This document shows positions 20,203 to 30,118 of a stretch of 51,690 nt of DNA, in pieces. Under the pieces are notes generated by a model, which was not told the DNA's origin, did not search any database, and saw only the letters and a list, made by a program, of their open reading frames with translations. Numbering within the stretch: the stretch's first letter is position 1; each line of letters opens with the position of its first letter. Both the position numbers and the translations under genes were made by a program. The DNA comes from Minisyncoccia bacterium. Lineage in GTDB: Bacteria; Patescibacteriota; Minisyncoccia; Phycocordibacterales; UBA918. Location: the NCBI GenBank assembly GCA_964229335.1, contig CAXRCZ010000005.1, positions 1 to 51,690 of the forward strand, read 5' to 3'.

Positions 20203-21021
20203 CTATTGAGGCAGTTGATACAACTGGCCATGCTTAGCCACCAGCCCTTCGTGGACGAGCGACTTAAGTTGAACTTCGAGTCGCTCTTTCGTTGTACCAA
20301 CTAGAGTTATCAGCTGTTTTAGACTACTTTTTTCAGTTTCAGTCAGTACTCGTATTATCGCTCCTCTGATTTGTCTGTCACTATTTTCAAACGGTGTCTG
20401 AGCTCTAAATCCCTTTTGCTTATGATTTAGTTTAATACCTTGACGTTTTAAGTGTGCTCCGTAATCCATCAGTGCCCAATACCATTCTCGCGGATTCACT
20501 GTATCCAAAGTCTGCTGCAGTAAGGGCACAATATCTCTATCATCAATTACCGTTCCATCAGAGAAAAAATGATAGTAATAGACTGTTCTTATGTTAGTTT
20601 CGATTATGATTTCAGATTGATTAAATGCAAAAACACTCACTGCACCAGCAGTGTATGGACCTATACCCGGAAGCTCTTTCAATCTTTCGGCTGATGAGGG
20701 AAATACTCCTTCATATTTATCGATAATTTCATTAGCGGCTTGGTGCAGATACTTGGCACGACGGTTATAGCCCAACCCTTGCCAGTACTGCAACACTTCT
20801 CCTAACTTGGCGGTAGCTAGCTCACTGACCGTTGGCCAGCGTTTTACGAAAGCCTGAAATTTTGGCTCTACTCTCGCTACTTGCGTTTGTTGAAGCATCA
20901 ACTCAGACACTAAAATATGGTAAGGGTCGTTAGTCTGACGCCATGAAAGATTATGTCTACCGGACGACTGGTAGTGCTGCCGTACTATTTGTTTGAATTG
21001 ATGTGTACTAGTAGTACCCAT
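20203..21021 (-). CDS. mutY: A/G-specific adenine glycosylase, short form without Fe-S cysteines
   Basis: PYHILVSELMLQQTQV, WQGLGYNRRA, HhH LPGIGPYTA. Confidence 0.85.
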   Translation of the reverse strand: MGTTSTHQFKQIVRQHYQSSGRHNLSWRQTNDPYHILVSELMLQQTQVARVEPKFQAFVKRWPTVSELATAKLGEVLQYWQGLGYNRRAKYLHQAANEIIDKYEGVFPSSAERLKELPGIGPYTAGAVSVFAFNQSEIIIETNIRTVYYYHFFSDGTVIDDRDIVPLLQQTLDTVNPREWYWALMDYGAHLKRQGIKLNHKQKGFRAQTPFENSDRQIRGAIIRVLTETEKSSLKQLITLVGTTKERLEVQLKSLVHEGLVAKHGQLYQLPQ

Positions 21022-21024
21022 TGA

Positions 21025-21240
21025 CTACTCGGTTGGATGTGGTTCAACCTTGACTTGTTGAGGCATCATGATCCACGCCGCTGCATATATCAATACTCCC
21101 GGGAAGAAACCTGTTAAAATCAAAAACACAACAGCCGCCACTCGGTACAGCACCCGATCGTGACCAAAATACTCTGCAAACCCAGCTAGTACTCCCGCAA
21201 TAGCGGCGTTCTCTTGGTCTCTCGTTAATTTTTTCTGCAT
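21025..21240 (-). CDS. PspC-domain protein
   Basis: LTR......IAGVLAGFAEYFG.D..LYR...Y..AWIMMP. Confidence 0.9.
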   Translation of the reverse strand: MQKKLTRDQENAAIAGVLAGFAEYFGHDRVLYRVAAVVFLILTGFFPGVLIYAAAWIMMPQQVKVEPHPTE

Positions 21241-21263
21241 ATCATGCCAGTATAGCGTACTTG

Positions 21264-21956
21264 CTAGAGATGATAAACAACGTCTTTTCTCTCAACCACA
21301 ACCTGCCAATTATTTAGTTTAGCGTGTCTATATAAGTTTTGATTTGGATTAAAACAAATTGGCTGACTGACCATCTCTAACAACGAGATGTCTCCCTCAG
21401 TGTCTCCCACTGCGATTGAATTATTTTGATCTAGCTCTGGATGTCGATCAAATACTCTACGTACAATAGTGGCTTTATTACGAATAAGAGACTCGTCAGT
21501 TACCACCCCAGTAAAGCGATCTTGCGGACCAATCTCGTATACCCGGCCATACACCTTATCGAATCCATATTGCTCACAAAACTCATCTAGAATGGTTTTA
21601 GGTGATTGTGAAATTGCTACCAACATATACCCTTGGTTTTTCAATTTAGCCACTAAATCACGGGTATAGGTATATACTCGCCTGCTTTGTACTGCCACTA
21701 CGCGGCGTCCAATGTCAGCAAAATCACCGTAATGCACTCCTTTAATGTGTGTAATAAAAGCCTCAACTACTGCGTCAATATAATTTTCGTAACTACCATC
21801 ACGATTCTGCCACGCCCGATATTCGTCATCGTACATAGCAGCTGCTGAACTGGGAAATACTTCTTCTTTTATAAGCTGTTCGACCAGCTCTATCAATAAG
21901 CTAGAGCGAAAGATGGTTCCATCTATATCAAAGAATGCGACGGGTTTAGTACTCAT
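21264..21956 (-). CDS. HAD-IB family phosphatase (SerB-like)
   Basis: AFFDIDGT, ISQS, K, GDTEGD, NP. Confidence 0.9.
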   Translation of the reverse strand: MSTKPVAFFDIDGTIFRSSLLIELVEQLIKEEVFPSSAAAMYDDEYRAWQNRDGSYENYIDAVVEAFITHIKGVHYGDFADIGRRVVAVQSRRVYTYTRDLVAKLKNQGYMLVAISQSPKTILDEFCEQYGFDKVYGRVYEIGPQDRFTGVVTDESLIRNKATIVRRVFDRHPELDQNNSIAVGDTEGDISLLEMVSQPICFNPNQNLYRHAKLNNWQVVVERKDVVYHL

Positions 21957-22480
21957 GATGCTAAATCCTTACAACTAATAAAAACCGGGCGCAGACCTTG
22001 CCATATCTCATGAGAAACTTTTTGTTGCTCGTATACTCCATCAGAAATAGTTTCAACTACCAGTGAGTTGTCGTCATTGACGCCTCTGACAAATACTCGG
22101 TCACAAAGTTCTGTGTTAGCAAAGTATTCCATCACACTACCAGATGTAGGGTTAATGCTGACATGCACTACTGGATGCCCTTTTCCAACTATATGCCATG
22201 GCTCAGTTGGGTGATTTTGGATTTGTTGCAGCAAGTCATTTGAACACTGCAATCGGTACAAAAGTAGCTCATCGTTACTTAGTGCTGGCTGTAATACGGT
22301 ACCTTCTAGAACTGATCGGATTAATAACGTCTGGTAGCTATCAGCAGCATAGGTAGTACCTGAGACTAACTCAACACCACTACTTTTTTCCAGTTGTCTA
22401 TTGTAAGAGAATCCATTGGTGACAAAACTCCACAGATCTTCTAATGCTGCCTGAAGACCATTGAAGTAATGAGTTGTCAT
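21953..22480 (-). CDS. Hypothetical protein
   Basis: 175-aa ORF coupled to neighbours in the operon. Confidence 0.65.
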   Translation of the reverse strand: MTTHYFNGLQAALEDLWSFVTNGFSYNRQLEKSSGVELVSGTTYAADSYQTLLIRSVLEGTVLQPALSNDELLLYRLQCSNDLLQQIQNHPTEPWHIVGKGHPVVHVSINPTSGSVMEYFANTELCDRVFVRGVNDDNSLVVETISDGVYEQQKVSHEIWQGLRPVFISCKDLAS

Positions 22481-22481
22481 T

Positions 22482-23600
22482 TTATTTTATATTTAGCTTG
22501 ATGAGTGACTCAAAGAGAGCACCTACACTGAACACCATCACTACCAACAACACTAACAAGCCAATCACTGGCACCAGAAGGATTAAGACACTGATGAGTA
22601 CACCAATGACTAGTGTGAGTAAAGACAGTGGCTGAACATCCTTTTTGTATGTCTTTTCGGCAAACCGTCCAATTGCTACTGGCGTAACTAGTAAAGCAAG
22701 GAGTAATAACAATAAGTAGCCAAGCAAAATCAATAACGCAATGAAGCTACCTAGTAAACTTACTCCCAAAACAGTTATCACAAACGGTGTCAAAAATAGA
22801 ACAGCTAAACCAATCAAAAATGTTCGGGCCTTCAGGGTAATTGCAGTAGCCGACAAAGTTGATAAGGACTTTCGAGAGAATAAGTACCAGACTGCAGTAC
22901 TAAAGAGAACAATTAGTAGAAACACTACTAACGGCTGGACTGAACCAGACACATCACTAGCCTCTAACACTGGATCATTTCTAATGATTTCGCCGTTGAC
23001 CGTAGCATTTGGTGAGCGAGTAATTTGACTGATACTGGTATAACTAACCGCTTCTTCAACAACAGCCTTATCGCCTAGCGTGAGTTCATCAACAGCTACT
23101 TCCACACCTCCACCAACTGGAGCATCAATGCGTAGAGAACCAATATTACCTAAGACATCACCATTAACCGGTCCATTTACCTCAACCTCGCCACCATACA
23201 CCAACAAATCACCACCAATTGATGCCGTCGATAGCACAACTAGTGTTCCTCCAATCACAAACACGTCACCAGTGACTTCGCCGGCTACAATCACCTTTCC
23301 CCCAATCACTCGCAGGTCGTCACCTATCGGGCCATGAATATCGACGTTGCCTCCAATCACTAACGCGTCCTCCGTAATAATTCCGTTAACCGTCGGACTA
23401 CCACTAAGAGCGATAAAATCGCCATCGACTTCCCCTGAGACATTAACTACGCTAGATAGTGTGTAGAAGTCTCCAGTAATACTTTGATCATTTCCAACAC
23501 TCACACTATCGCCAGTACGAACAACAGTATTTGCCTCTACTGCGGCAAATGGCAGGATTAGTAATGAGAGGGCGATGATGTAATTAGGTAGTTTCTTCAT
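22482..23600 (-). CDS. Bactofilin-like (polymer-forming cytoskeletal) beta-helix protein with C-terminal TM helices
   Basis: Repeated G.V.GD/GG.V.I units and four hydrophobic C-terminal segments. Confidence 0.8.
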   Translation of the reverse strand: MKKLPNYIIALSLLILPFAAVEANTVVRTGDSVSVGNDQSITGDFYTLSSVVNVSGEVDGDFIALSGSPTVNGIITEDALVIGGNVDIHGPIGDDLRVIGGKVIVAGEVTGDVFVIGGTLVVLSTASIGGDLLVYGGEVEVNGPVNGDVLGNIGSLRIDAPVGGGVEVAVDELTLGDKAVVEEAVSYTSISQITRSPNATVNGEIIRNDPVLEASDVSGSVQPLVVFLLIVLFSTAVWYLFSRKSLSTLSATAITLKARTFLIGLAVLFLTPFVITVLGVSLLGSFIALLILLGYLLLLLLALLVTPVAIGRFAEKTYKKDVQPLSLLTLVIGVLISVLILLVPVIGLLVLLVVMVFSVGALFESLIKLNIK

Positions 23601-24378
23601 GGTTTGGTTTAGTTACTACCGTTTCTTTGATAACTACCTTTTCTTCCTCTGCAATCTGTTCGTTCACTTCTGCAATTATTTTCTTCTCGGTTTCGACTTT
23701 CTCATCTTCTTTTTTTATCGTCGAGGTAGCAATATGCTCCTTTTCACTGAGATTCATTAGTAAAAAGACAGTCACAGCAGCTGCAATGATGCCGATTAGG
23801 TTGAGGATAAGAATAGTAACAGCTCCCTTTATAACCAATGGGTTTAGTGATGCGATACCAACTCCGACAGCTGCGAGTGGTGGGATTAAGGCTACTGCAA
23901 TAGCAACACCTGGCAAGGTATCGCTCCATTCAGGCCTCGCTAGCACATACGCAACGGCTGTACCAGCTGCCACCGCTACCAACAAGTGAAGATGCGAGGC
24001 ATAGGCTCTGTCAAGAATTTCTGCAGTCAGGTACGAGTCTCCATCTCCGAAGATAAAGGCTACAACAATAGCAACTCCGAGTCCAAGTCCAAGGGAGGTG
24101 ACCAGAGTCGAAAAGGCTCTTTTTAGAACAGAGATTTTATTACTCATCATTACTAAACCAAGCCCAACACTTAAGATTGGATACATCAAAGGTGCAATTA
24201 GCATGCTTCCAATCACAATTGCTGGACTATCAAGTAATAGCCCAAGCGTGGCCATCATGGTAGATAGCCCAATCAGGAAGAAATAATCAAAATCAGGAGT
24301 GCTATTTTCTACTAATTTGCGGACGAGAGAGGCTTTGTCATCATCTGGTAAAGCTCGAAATCTGGCTAATATGGGCAT
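23584..24378 (-). CDS. DUF389/TIGR00341 membrane protein
   Basis: GLLLDSPAIVIGSMLIAPLM, LPGVAIAVALIPPL. Confidence 0.9.
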   Translation of the reverse strand: MPILARFRALPDDDKASLVRKLVENSTPDFDYFFLIGLSTMMATLGLLLDSPAIVIGSMLIAPLMYPILSVGLGLVMMSNKISVLKRAFSTLVTSLGLGLGVAIVVAFIFGDGDSYLTAEILDRAYASHLHLLVAVAAGTAVAYVLARPEWSDTLPGVAIAVALIPPLAAVGVGIASLNPLVIKGAVTILILNLIGIIAAAVTVFLLMNLSEKEHIATSTIKKEDEKVETEKKIIAEVNEQIAEEEKVVIKETVVTKPNHEETT

Positions 24379-24472
24379 AGAAATAAGTTGATTTATGAGT
24401 TCAGTATACGGTTATTATACCGCATTGCAACGTTTTTTCACCTTATTTATCAATAAAATATCGCGCAATATA

Positions 24473-25489
24473 TCAATTCTCAAATAGTCTTTGCCCTCGC
24501 TCCCACATCTCTTCTCTTCCCTGCAGCTTGAGCCAGTACCACCATTCGGCTCCCCAAAGATACTGTTTTTGGTAATGAGTTTTTTTTGCATACGTAAGTA
24601 TGTTTTCAAAGAACAGAAGGTTCATACGCGTTAGCTGGATATCGACTGGTACATCAACAATCGGCTCGAGCAGCCACGGTTCAGCTGATAGCTCTACCAG
24701 TATGGTTGGCTTTTCTCCGTACAGTAAAGCCATTACATTATCTTTAACTCGATAAAACCACGGCGGTAATAATGTCTCGAATTGTCCCAATTCCGGATTC
24801 CAGAAATGAACATACACACTGGTACCAAACATGTCCCCGCGAGAGTATGCTTCCGTCCATGTACCTAGGTTTCCGCTATCAGTAAGAAGAATTGGTCGAC
24901 TCCCATCGATTGAACGTACCAGTTCAATCTCTCTCTCCAATAAATCAACGTTGAGCTCACCGCAATGCTCAAACGCGAACACTTCCAAAAATGGTTCATT
25001 CTCCACTTGCCAGACTGTAATAGCAGGACTGTCTTTATACCGATTAACAGTAGTTTCTATGTAATCGAGTAGCTCTCGCTCCCTATCTTCTGTACTGAGA
25101 GTGGTCGCCCATTGCGGTATATGACACTCAGGCCAACGCGGCAATCGTCTACCTACCGCAAAGACTATTTCAGCTCCCACTGCTTCTGCTTGTGATACCT
25201 GATAATCCAGCGGCGTAAAGTTATATTCTCCCGGTTCAGGTTCAACCATGTTCCAATGAGCCGCCAAACGCAAGTGACGAACATCAAGATCTTCTAGAAT
25301 AGCGTCGTATGTCTCTCTCCAGTCAAGCCCTAGTTCATTGGCGTACATGGTATTAAACGACATACCGTAGGTAATATTTGTTGGTTTTGGCTTTATCGAC
25401 AATATTGCTAAGACAATGGTGACCAGCAGTAGAAGTACTAATAAAAATAGTAAAGTATGCTGCCACCACTTAGTTGGACGCCAATTCAT
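24473..25489 (-). CDS. Membrane-anchored clan-A glycoside hydrolase (GH42/GH5-like TIM barrel)
   Basis: W..VEPEPGEYNF..LD, WQVENEP acid/base motif, ELSAEPW. Confidence 0.75.
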   Translation of the reverse strand: MNWRPTKWWQHTLLFLLVLLLLVTIVLAILSIKPKPTNITYGMSFNTMYANELGLDWRETYDAILEDLDVRHLRLAAHWNMVEPEPGEYNFTPLDYQVSQAEAVGAEIVFAVGRRLPRWPECHIPQWATTLSTEDRERELLDYIETTVNRYKDSPAITVWQVENEPFLEVFAFEHCGELNVDLLEREIELVRSIDGSRPILLTDSGNLGTWTEAYSRGDMFGTSVYVHFWNPELGQFETLLPPWFYRVKDNVMALLYGEKPTILVELSAEPWLLEPIVDVPVDIQLTRMNLLFFENILTYAKKTHYQKQYLWGAEWWYWLKLQGREEMWERGQRLFEN

Positions 25490-25501
25490 GCTCGCATTTT
25501 A

Positions 25502-26434
25502 TCACGTGTATAAAATTGCATAGCCAATCAAAATCAGAGTTACGTAGAGAATTTTTCTGATTACAGTACGTGAACTTGTGTCCTTATCAACTGCTGCTGG
25601 AGGGAGGAATGGTGCAAAGATGGTAACTAGAATCAAGATGAAGACAAACTTCAGACCATCCAGAGCTTGTACCACTGACACATCTCCGACATCGGTAGCC
25701 TTTAGGAGGATGAAGGCGGCCACTCCAGCTAATGTTTTATTCAAAACCACTAGCCAACCAGTTTTTTTAGAAGCATTCTTGGTTTGGGTATTAATTTTTT
25801 TTAGGTAAGAAGGTACTAACAACAAAGAGAGTGCAAACAATACGAATCCAATTCGTGACCAAAAGAAACCATCGGCAAAATTGGTTTCGATGAACAATCC
25901 TTTCATGGTGATGTAGTGAAGCGCAAAGAACAAACCGCTATGAAAAGTATGTAGAGCTACTGATTTAGCCGGTAGTGTCTGGGCTACTAGCAAGGTACCA
26001 ATTACTAGTAAAAGTACTCCGAGTACATGAGAATCGGTCAGTCGTGCGTCGAGAAATAAATAACTCATGCCAAACGTAGCAATCGCAGAAATAGCACCAA
26101 TGACAGGAATTATGTTTGAGGCATCGGCTTTTTTAAGAGCATCATAGAGTGACACTAAAGCCATAAAAAAAGTGTACGCACTCAAAAATGACAGCCCTAC
26201 CACTTGAATGCTGGGTGAAGTAACTTGAAGCAAGGACGGTACACCTAAGTCACCAAGGAACGGAATGAGTCCTAGAACATACATCACCGCCCAAAAACCA
26301 GTCAACAAACAGCTATAGAAGGCATACACAAAAGGTCTCGGCAGCACTTTCTCGTCAGAAACAATATACTTGTCGAGGATGGCAACAATAGCGTTCAAAA
26401 ACTGCCCGACGGTAGCGAGTAGTATCCAATTCAT
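25502..26434 (-). CDS. EamA/DMT family transporter
   Basis: About 10 TM helices; DK.I, AL...DAS...P, G.VSVVQAL. Confidence 0.75.
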   Translation of the reverse strand: MNWILLATVGQFLNAIVAILDKYIVSDEKVLPRPFVYAFYSCLLTGFWAVMYVLGLIPFLGDLGVPSLLQVTSPSIQVVGLSFLSAYTFFMALVSLYDALKKADASNIIPVIGAISAIATFGMSYLFLDARLTDSHVLGVLLLVIGTLLVAQTLPAKSVALHTFHSGLFFALHYITMKGLFIETNFADGFFWSRIGFVLFALSLLLVPSYLKKINTQTKNASKKTGWLVVLNKTLAGVAAFILLKATDVGDVSVVQALDGLKFVFILILVTIFAPFLPPAAVDKDTSSRTVIRKILYVTLILIGYAILYT

Positions 26435-26440
26435 TATTGT

Positions 26441-27664
26441 TTATTCTAGCACTGCATTTTGTTCAATAATTTCTTTATACACGTACGCAGAAGGTCGAAT
26501 CGTACGTTCTAGAGTGTCGTAATTAATTTCCACTAATCCAAATCTTTTTTCAAAGCCGAGCGCCCACTCGTAGTTGTCTAAGAGCGACCAGTACATGTGA
26601 CTTCTGACATCTATTCCTTCATCTATTGCTTTCCAGGTAGCAGCTACTTGCTTGCGAATATATTCAGCCCGATCAGAATCGTCTTCATCGGCAATACCAG
26701 ATTCCGAAACAAACAAAGGTTTTTTGTATCGAGATAGCATTTTTAGTGCATTATAAATGTGTTGTGGTGCAAAGTTCCAATCCATATCGGTCTTTTTCCA
26801 AGCTCTTCTATCACCAAACTGCGTATAAAAGTAGTAATTTAATCCTATAGAGTCGCAATATTTGGCTGTGCGGCGCATAAATTTGTGCGTCCAAACATAA
26901 TTAGCAAACAAGGCTGCTAGCTTGTTTAGAGGATTCCAGTTCGCGTCAAATACGATAACGTGTTTGACTACACTGACTTCAAGCTGTGAATTAGCTTTTT
27001 TAATATATCGGTAGGCTTCATTATGAGCTAAAGCCAAATTCTTCATGACTCGTAAATAAGTAAATAAAGGACCTAGGCCTTTTTGTGGTTTTGCCTCATA
27101 CGACCGACCAGAGTTAGTGATTGAAACCATGTCTGTTAGAGAGAAACGTTTAAATGGTGGCCAGGTTCCTCGCAGCCAGCCGTTGCTACCAACCACATTA
27201 GGTTCATTCATGGTAGAAAAATGACTACACAAATCTCCAAGTTCAGACGCTACAAACGCACAGTAGCGGGCAAAAATTTGCGGTGCATCTTTGCGTTCAA
27301 ATCCACCACTCTCCGAAAACCACAACGGCAAGGTAAAGTGCCACAACGTAATGAATGGTGTGATGTCTCTTTCTTGTAATGCTTGGAGTACTTCGCGATA
27401 ATGCTCTATTGCCTCGCTATCAAATTTCCCTTCTTCTGGTTCAATACGAGCCCATTCCACCGAGAATCGATGGGCGTTGTGTCCAAGTTTTTTCGCAATA
27501 TCAAAGTCCTCTTTGTATCGATTATAGTGGTCGCAGGCTCTACCGCATGCAGGCACTCGCCCCTCTCTAGCTGCTTCAGCCCAGTCACAATTCTCAATAC
27601 CACCTTCTACTTGGTAGCTGGCTGTAGCTGCGCCCCATAGAAAACCCTTTGGAAATTCTTTCAT
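26441..27664 (-). CDS. Glycoside hydrolase family 1 (beta-glucosidase)
   Basis: FLWGAATASYQVEG, RFSVEWARIEP, TMNEP, VSESG, YWSLLDNYEW; start MKEF at 27664. Confidence 0.95.
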   Translation of the reverse strand: MKEFPKGFLWGAATASYQVEGGIENCDWAEAAREGRVPACGRACDHYNRYKEDFDIAKKLGHNAHRFSVEWARIEPEEGKFDSEAIEHYREVLQALQERDITPFITLWHFTLPLWFSESGGFERKDAPQIFARYCAFVASELGDLCSHFSTMNEPNVVGSNGWLRGTWPPFKRFSLTDMVSITNSGRSYEAKPQKGLGPLFTYLRVMKNLALAHNEAYRYIKKANSQLEVSVVKHVIVFDANWNPLNKLAALFANYVWTHKFMRRTAKYCDSIGLNYYFYTQFGDRRAWKKTDMDWNFAPQHIYNALKMLSRYKKPLFVSESGIADEDDSDRAEYIRKQVAATWKAIDEGIDVRSHMYWSLLDNYEWALGFEKRFGLVEINYDTLERTIRPSAYVYKEIIEQNAVLE

Positions 27665-27672
27665 ATGCAAAT

Positions 27673-27810
27673 TCACTGTATCTTACAGATACTGTACACC
27701 TTGTCGCTACTTTGCTCCAAGTATTCGCAAAGTTGCTGGCAAGGCCTTGCGAAAGCGTCCCACGCTTTCTCACCCCACAGGAAACCGTTTGGAAATTTTT
27801 TGTCAGTCAT
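27673..27810 (-). pseudogene. Duplicate GH1 5' end (MTDKKFPNGFLWG) running into a hairpin insertion
   Basis: 27773-27801 matches 27633-27661 at 25/29 nt; ATG 27810 lies 6 nt after TGcTATACT; ORF ends at TGA 27673. Confidence 0.75.
27677..27772 (-). mobile_element. Miniature hairpin element, TCTGTAAG family, copy 1
   Basis: CCTTG..GCAACTTTGC-GAATACTTGGA-GCAAAGTAGC..CAAGG-TGTACAGTATCTGTAAGATAC; shares loop and tail with 50850-50913. Confidence 0.6.
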
Positions 27811-27832
27811 GAGAGCAGTATAGCAGGCAGGT

Positions 27833-28597
27833 CTATAGTTTTACTGGAGTTCCACTAAAGCAATTTATAATAGTGGCTCGTTCAGCGTCGATGAAATATC
27901 GATACTGATCGCCGGCAATTCTGCCGCCACAACGGTCAGTTGATTCGCTAGAGACTCCTTGAATTGGAAACCCATCAAGAGCGTAGCCAATGGTGGTATT
28001 GGCACCAAATACGCCATAGGCACCGACTTCATTATTTCGAATCAGTGACCCGTCGAGCGCAATCCCAATTACATCGCTAGGAATACAAGTGGCTGTACCA
28101 GGCGTACTACGGATGGAGAGTTGTGCGAGTATTTCTGTATTGGAGGACGGTAAGGTCCCTTCGGTTGTCTCACCTCCTACCTGTGCAGAACTACGGTACA
28201 CAATACGCGCCCCTTCCACTTCTTCTATGGTGACACCAGCGGCAGACCAGTTGCCTGTATAAGATTGATAGTTACCACATTGAAGCAATACCTCTTCGTC
28301 TGTTTGTATTTCAGAATCTTCTAGAGTGGTGTCTTCTTCCGGAACTGAAGCGGTGAGTATTAATTGCTGGCTGTTGCTGATTTTTTCTCGCATTGCGACC
28401 AAACGATCTTGTCGAAGTTGATCATCCATATCTTCTGGACCAACCGACAGCTTTGGTGTGGTCTCAGTCGAAAATGTTGGCGCATTACCGCTAGCAGAAA
28501 ACAGCGGTAATTGGTTATTAAACTGAAGCTCAATTAGGACTAATGCACCAAACCCGGCGATTACAAGCAATAAAAAATAATTTCTAGTCCGTGGCAT
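27833..28597 (-). CDS. Membrane-anchored protein with degenerate YHYH-like C-terminal domain
   Basis: N-terminal TM; IGIALDG...IGYALDGFPI....D.CGG.....YRY. Confidence 0.6.
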   Translation of the reverse strand: MPRTRNYFLLLVIAGFGALVLIELQFNNQLPLFSASGNAPTFSTETTPKLSVGPEDMDDQLRQDRLVAMREKISNSQQLILTASVPEEDTTLEDSEIQTDEEVLLQCGNYQSYTGNWSAAGVTIEEVEGARIVYRSSAQVGGETTEGTLPSSNTEILAQLSIRSTPGTATCIPSDVIGIALDGSLIRNNEVGAYGVFGANTTIGYALDGFPIQGVSSESTDRCGGRIAGDQYRYFIDAERATIINCFSGTPVKL

Positions 28598-28612
28598 GCC
28601 TCTATGATAGCA

Positions 28613-28641
28613 AAGCAGAGCAGGCTTCGCCTGCTCTGCTT
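28613..28641 (-). terminator. Hairpin/terminator after dsbA-like gene
   Basis: aagcagagcaggc-ttc-gcctgctctgctt. Confidence 0.65.
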
Positions 28642-28658
28642 CCCCACTTCTTACGCAG

Positions 28659-29297
28659 CTATTCCGCTACTGCTACTGTGGTTGAAGCTCCAACAGCCGC
28701 CGCCACTTGCATGATGAAATCTTCGTAGGTCTCGATATTCATTTTTTCTCCATTGAGGAAGAAAGTTGGTGTGGCATTGACTCCCAACTCTCTTCCCTCA
28801 TTAGTATCTGATCGAACTTTGTCTTTTAAGATACTTGAGTCTTGGTGACGCTTAAATTCATCAATATCTAGATTTAATTCTTCAGCATATGACTCAAAGA
28901 AGCCTTGTGGATTACTGGAGTTTGACCATTGACTTTGATTGCTAAACAAGAGATTCGCGTACGCAAAGAACTCGCCTTGCTGAGCTGCGGCTTCAGCGGC
29001 TAGCGCTGCATCATTGGCGTACGGATGAATAGGTAACGGGAAGTGTCGATATTCAAAACGAATACGGTCACCATACACCTCCACCACTTCATCTACTACC
29101 GGTTGAAACGAGGCGCAAGCCGGACATTGTAAATCACTGTATTCAACCAACGTGACTTCTGCATCCGGATTACCTAGCACGTGAGAAACTTCTTCTACAC
29201 CAACATTATTTTGACTATTAACATAATTTGAGTACCAAATTGCTCCGCCAAATAAAACGACTGCGAGCAAACCGGTGATGATCCATGGATTTTTCAT
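28659..29297 (-). CDS. DsbA/thioredoxin-fold oxidoreductase
   Basis: EYSDLQCPAC, RHFPL..H, GVNATPTF. Confidence 0.93.
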   Translation of the reverse strand: MKNPWIITGLLAVVLFGGAIWYSNYVNSQNNVGVEEVSHVLGNPDAEVTLVEYSDLQCPACASFQPVVDEVVEVYGDRIRFEYRHFPLPIHPYANDAALAAEAAAQQGEFFAYANLLFSNQSQWSNSSNPQGFFESYAEELNLDIDEFKRHQDSSILKDKVRSDTNEGRELGVNATPTFFLNGEKMNIETYEDFIMQVAAAVGASTTVAVAE

Positions 29298-29377
29298 ATT
29301 GCTAAGTGTAGCACGAGCAAGCTGGCATTAAACTATAGACAATTGGGATAAAATGCCGTAGCCTCAATTTATTCATT

Positions 29378-30118
29378 ATGGCGTACAAACCAAACTTTAC
29401 ACGTAAGAAAAAGCGCAATGTTCATGGCGCTACATTTTGGGATAAGGAATACACCAATCCAACTCACTTAAAGCTATCAGCTGCTGAGAGTGGTGATTTA
29501 CGTCAGTTTACACGCTGGTTTGCGAGGCAAAAGGGTTTGCAGCCAATATTTAAACCAGGCAGTAGCATCATTGATGTTGGTTGTGGTAATGGACGCAATC
29601 TCATTTATTTAGCCAAAGAGTTCGGCACAAAAGGGGTTGGAATAGATATCTCATCGGCAGCCATAGCCCAAGCTAAACGTATTACTCAAGAAGAAAAATT
29701 ACGGATTCAATACCATGTTGGAAGTGCCGGTGAAAAACTCCCTGCTGATGATGAAACTCAGTCTCTAGCGCTTGATATGATGACTTCTCACTTTTTGAAT
29801 GCTAAAGAACGAACAGCACTACGTGATGAAATTCACCGCGTCCTGATTCCAGGTGGCTATTTTTTCATGAAGACTTTTCTTAAAGACGAAGACCGCCACA
29901 CTGAGCGCTTACTTCGTGAGCATCCAGGAGAAGAAGCTGGCACTTACATACACCCAGTGATGGGCGTTCCAGAGTATGTGTATAGCGAAGCTGAATTAGT
30001 AGAATTCTTACGTGAAAAGTTTCTCATTAGAAAAGTCACTCGGTCTCATCGTCACACCCGCAAGGGTGGTGCTGGCAAGCGTCGAACAATATCTATCTAC
30101 GCCGAAAAAGATTATTGA
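29378..30118 (+). CDS. Class I SAM-dependent methyltransferase
   Basis: IIDVGCGNGRN, GIDIS, RVLIPGG. Confidence 0.9.
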   Translation: MAYKPNFTRKKKRNVHGATFWDKEYTNPTHLKLSAAESGDLRQFTRWFARQKGLQPIFKPGSSIIDVGCGNGRNLIYLAKEFGTKGVGIDISSAAIAQAKRITQEEKLRIQYHVGSAGEKLPADDETQSLALDMMTSHFLNAKERTALRDEIHRVLIPGGYFFMKTFLKDEDRHTERLLREHPGEEAGTYIHPVMGVPEYVYSEAELVEFLREKFLIRKVTRSHRHTRKGGAGKRRTISIYAEKDY

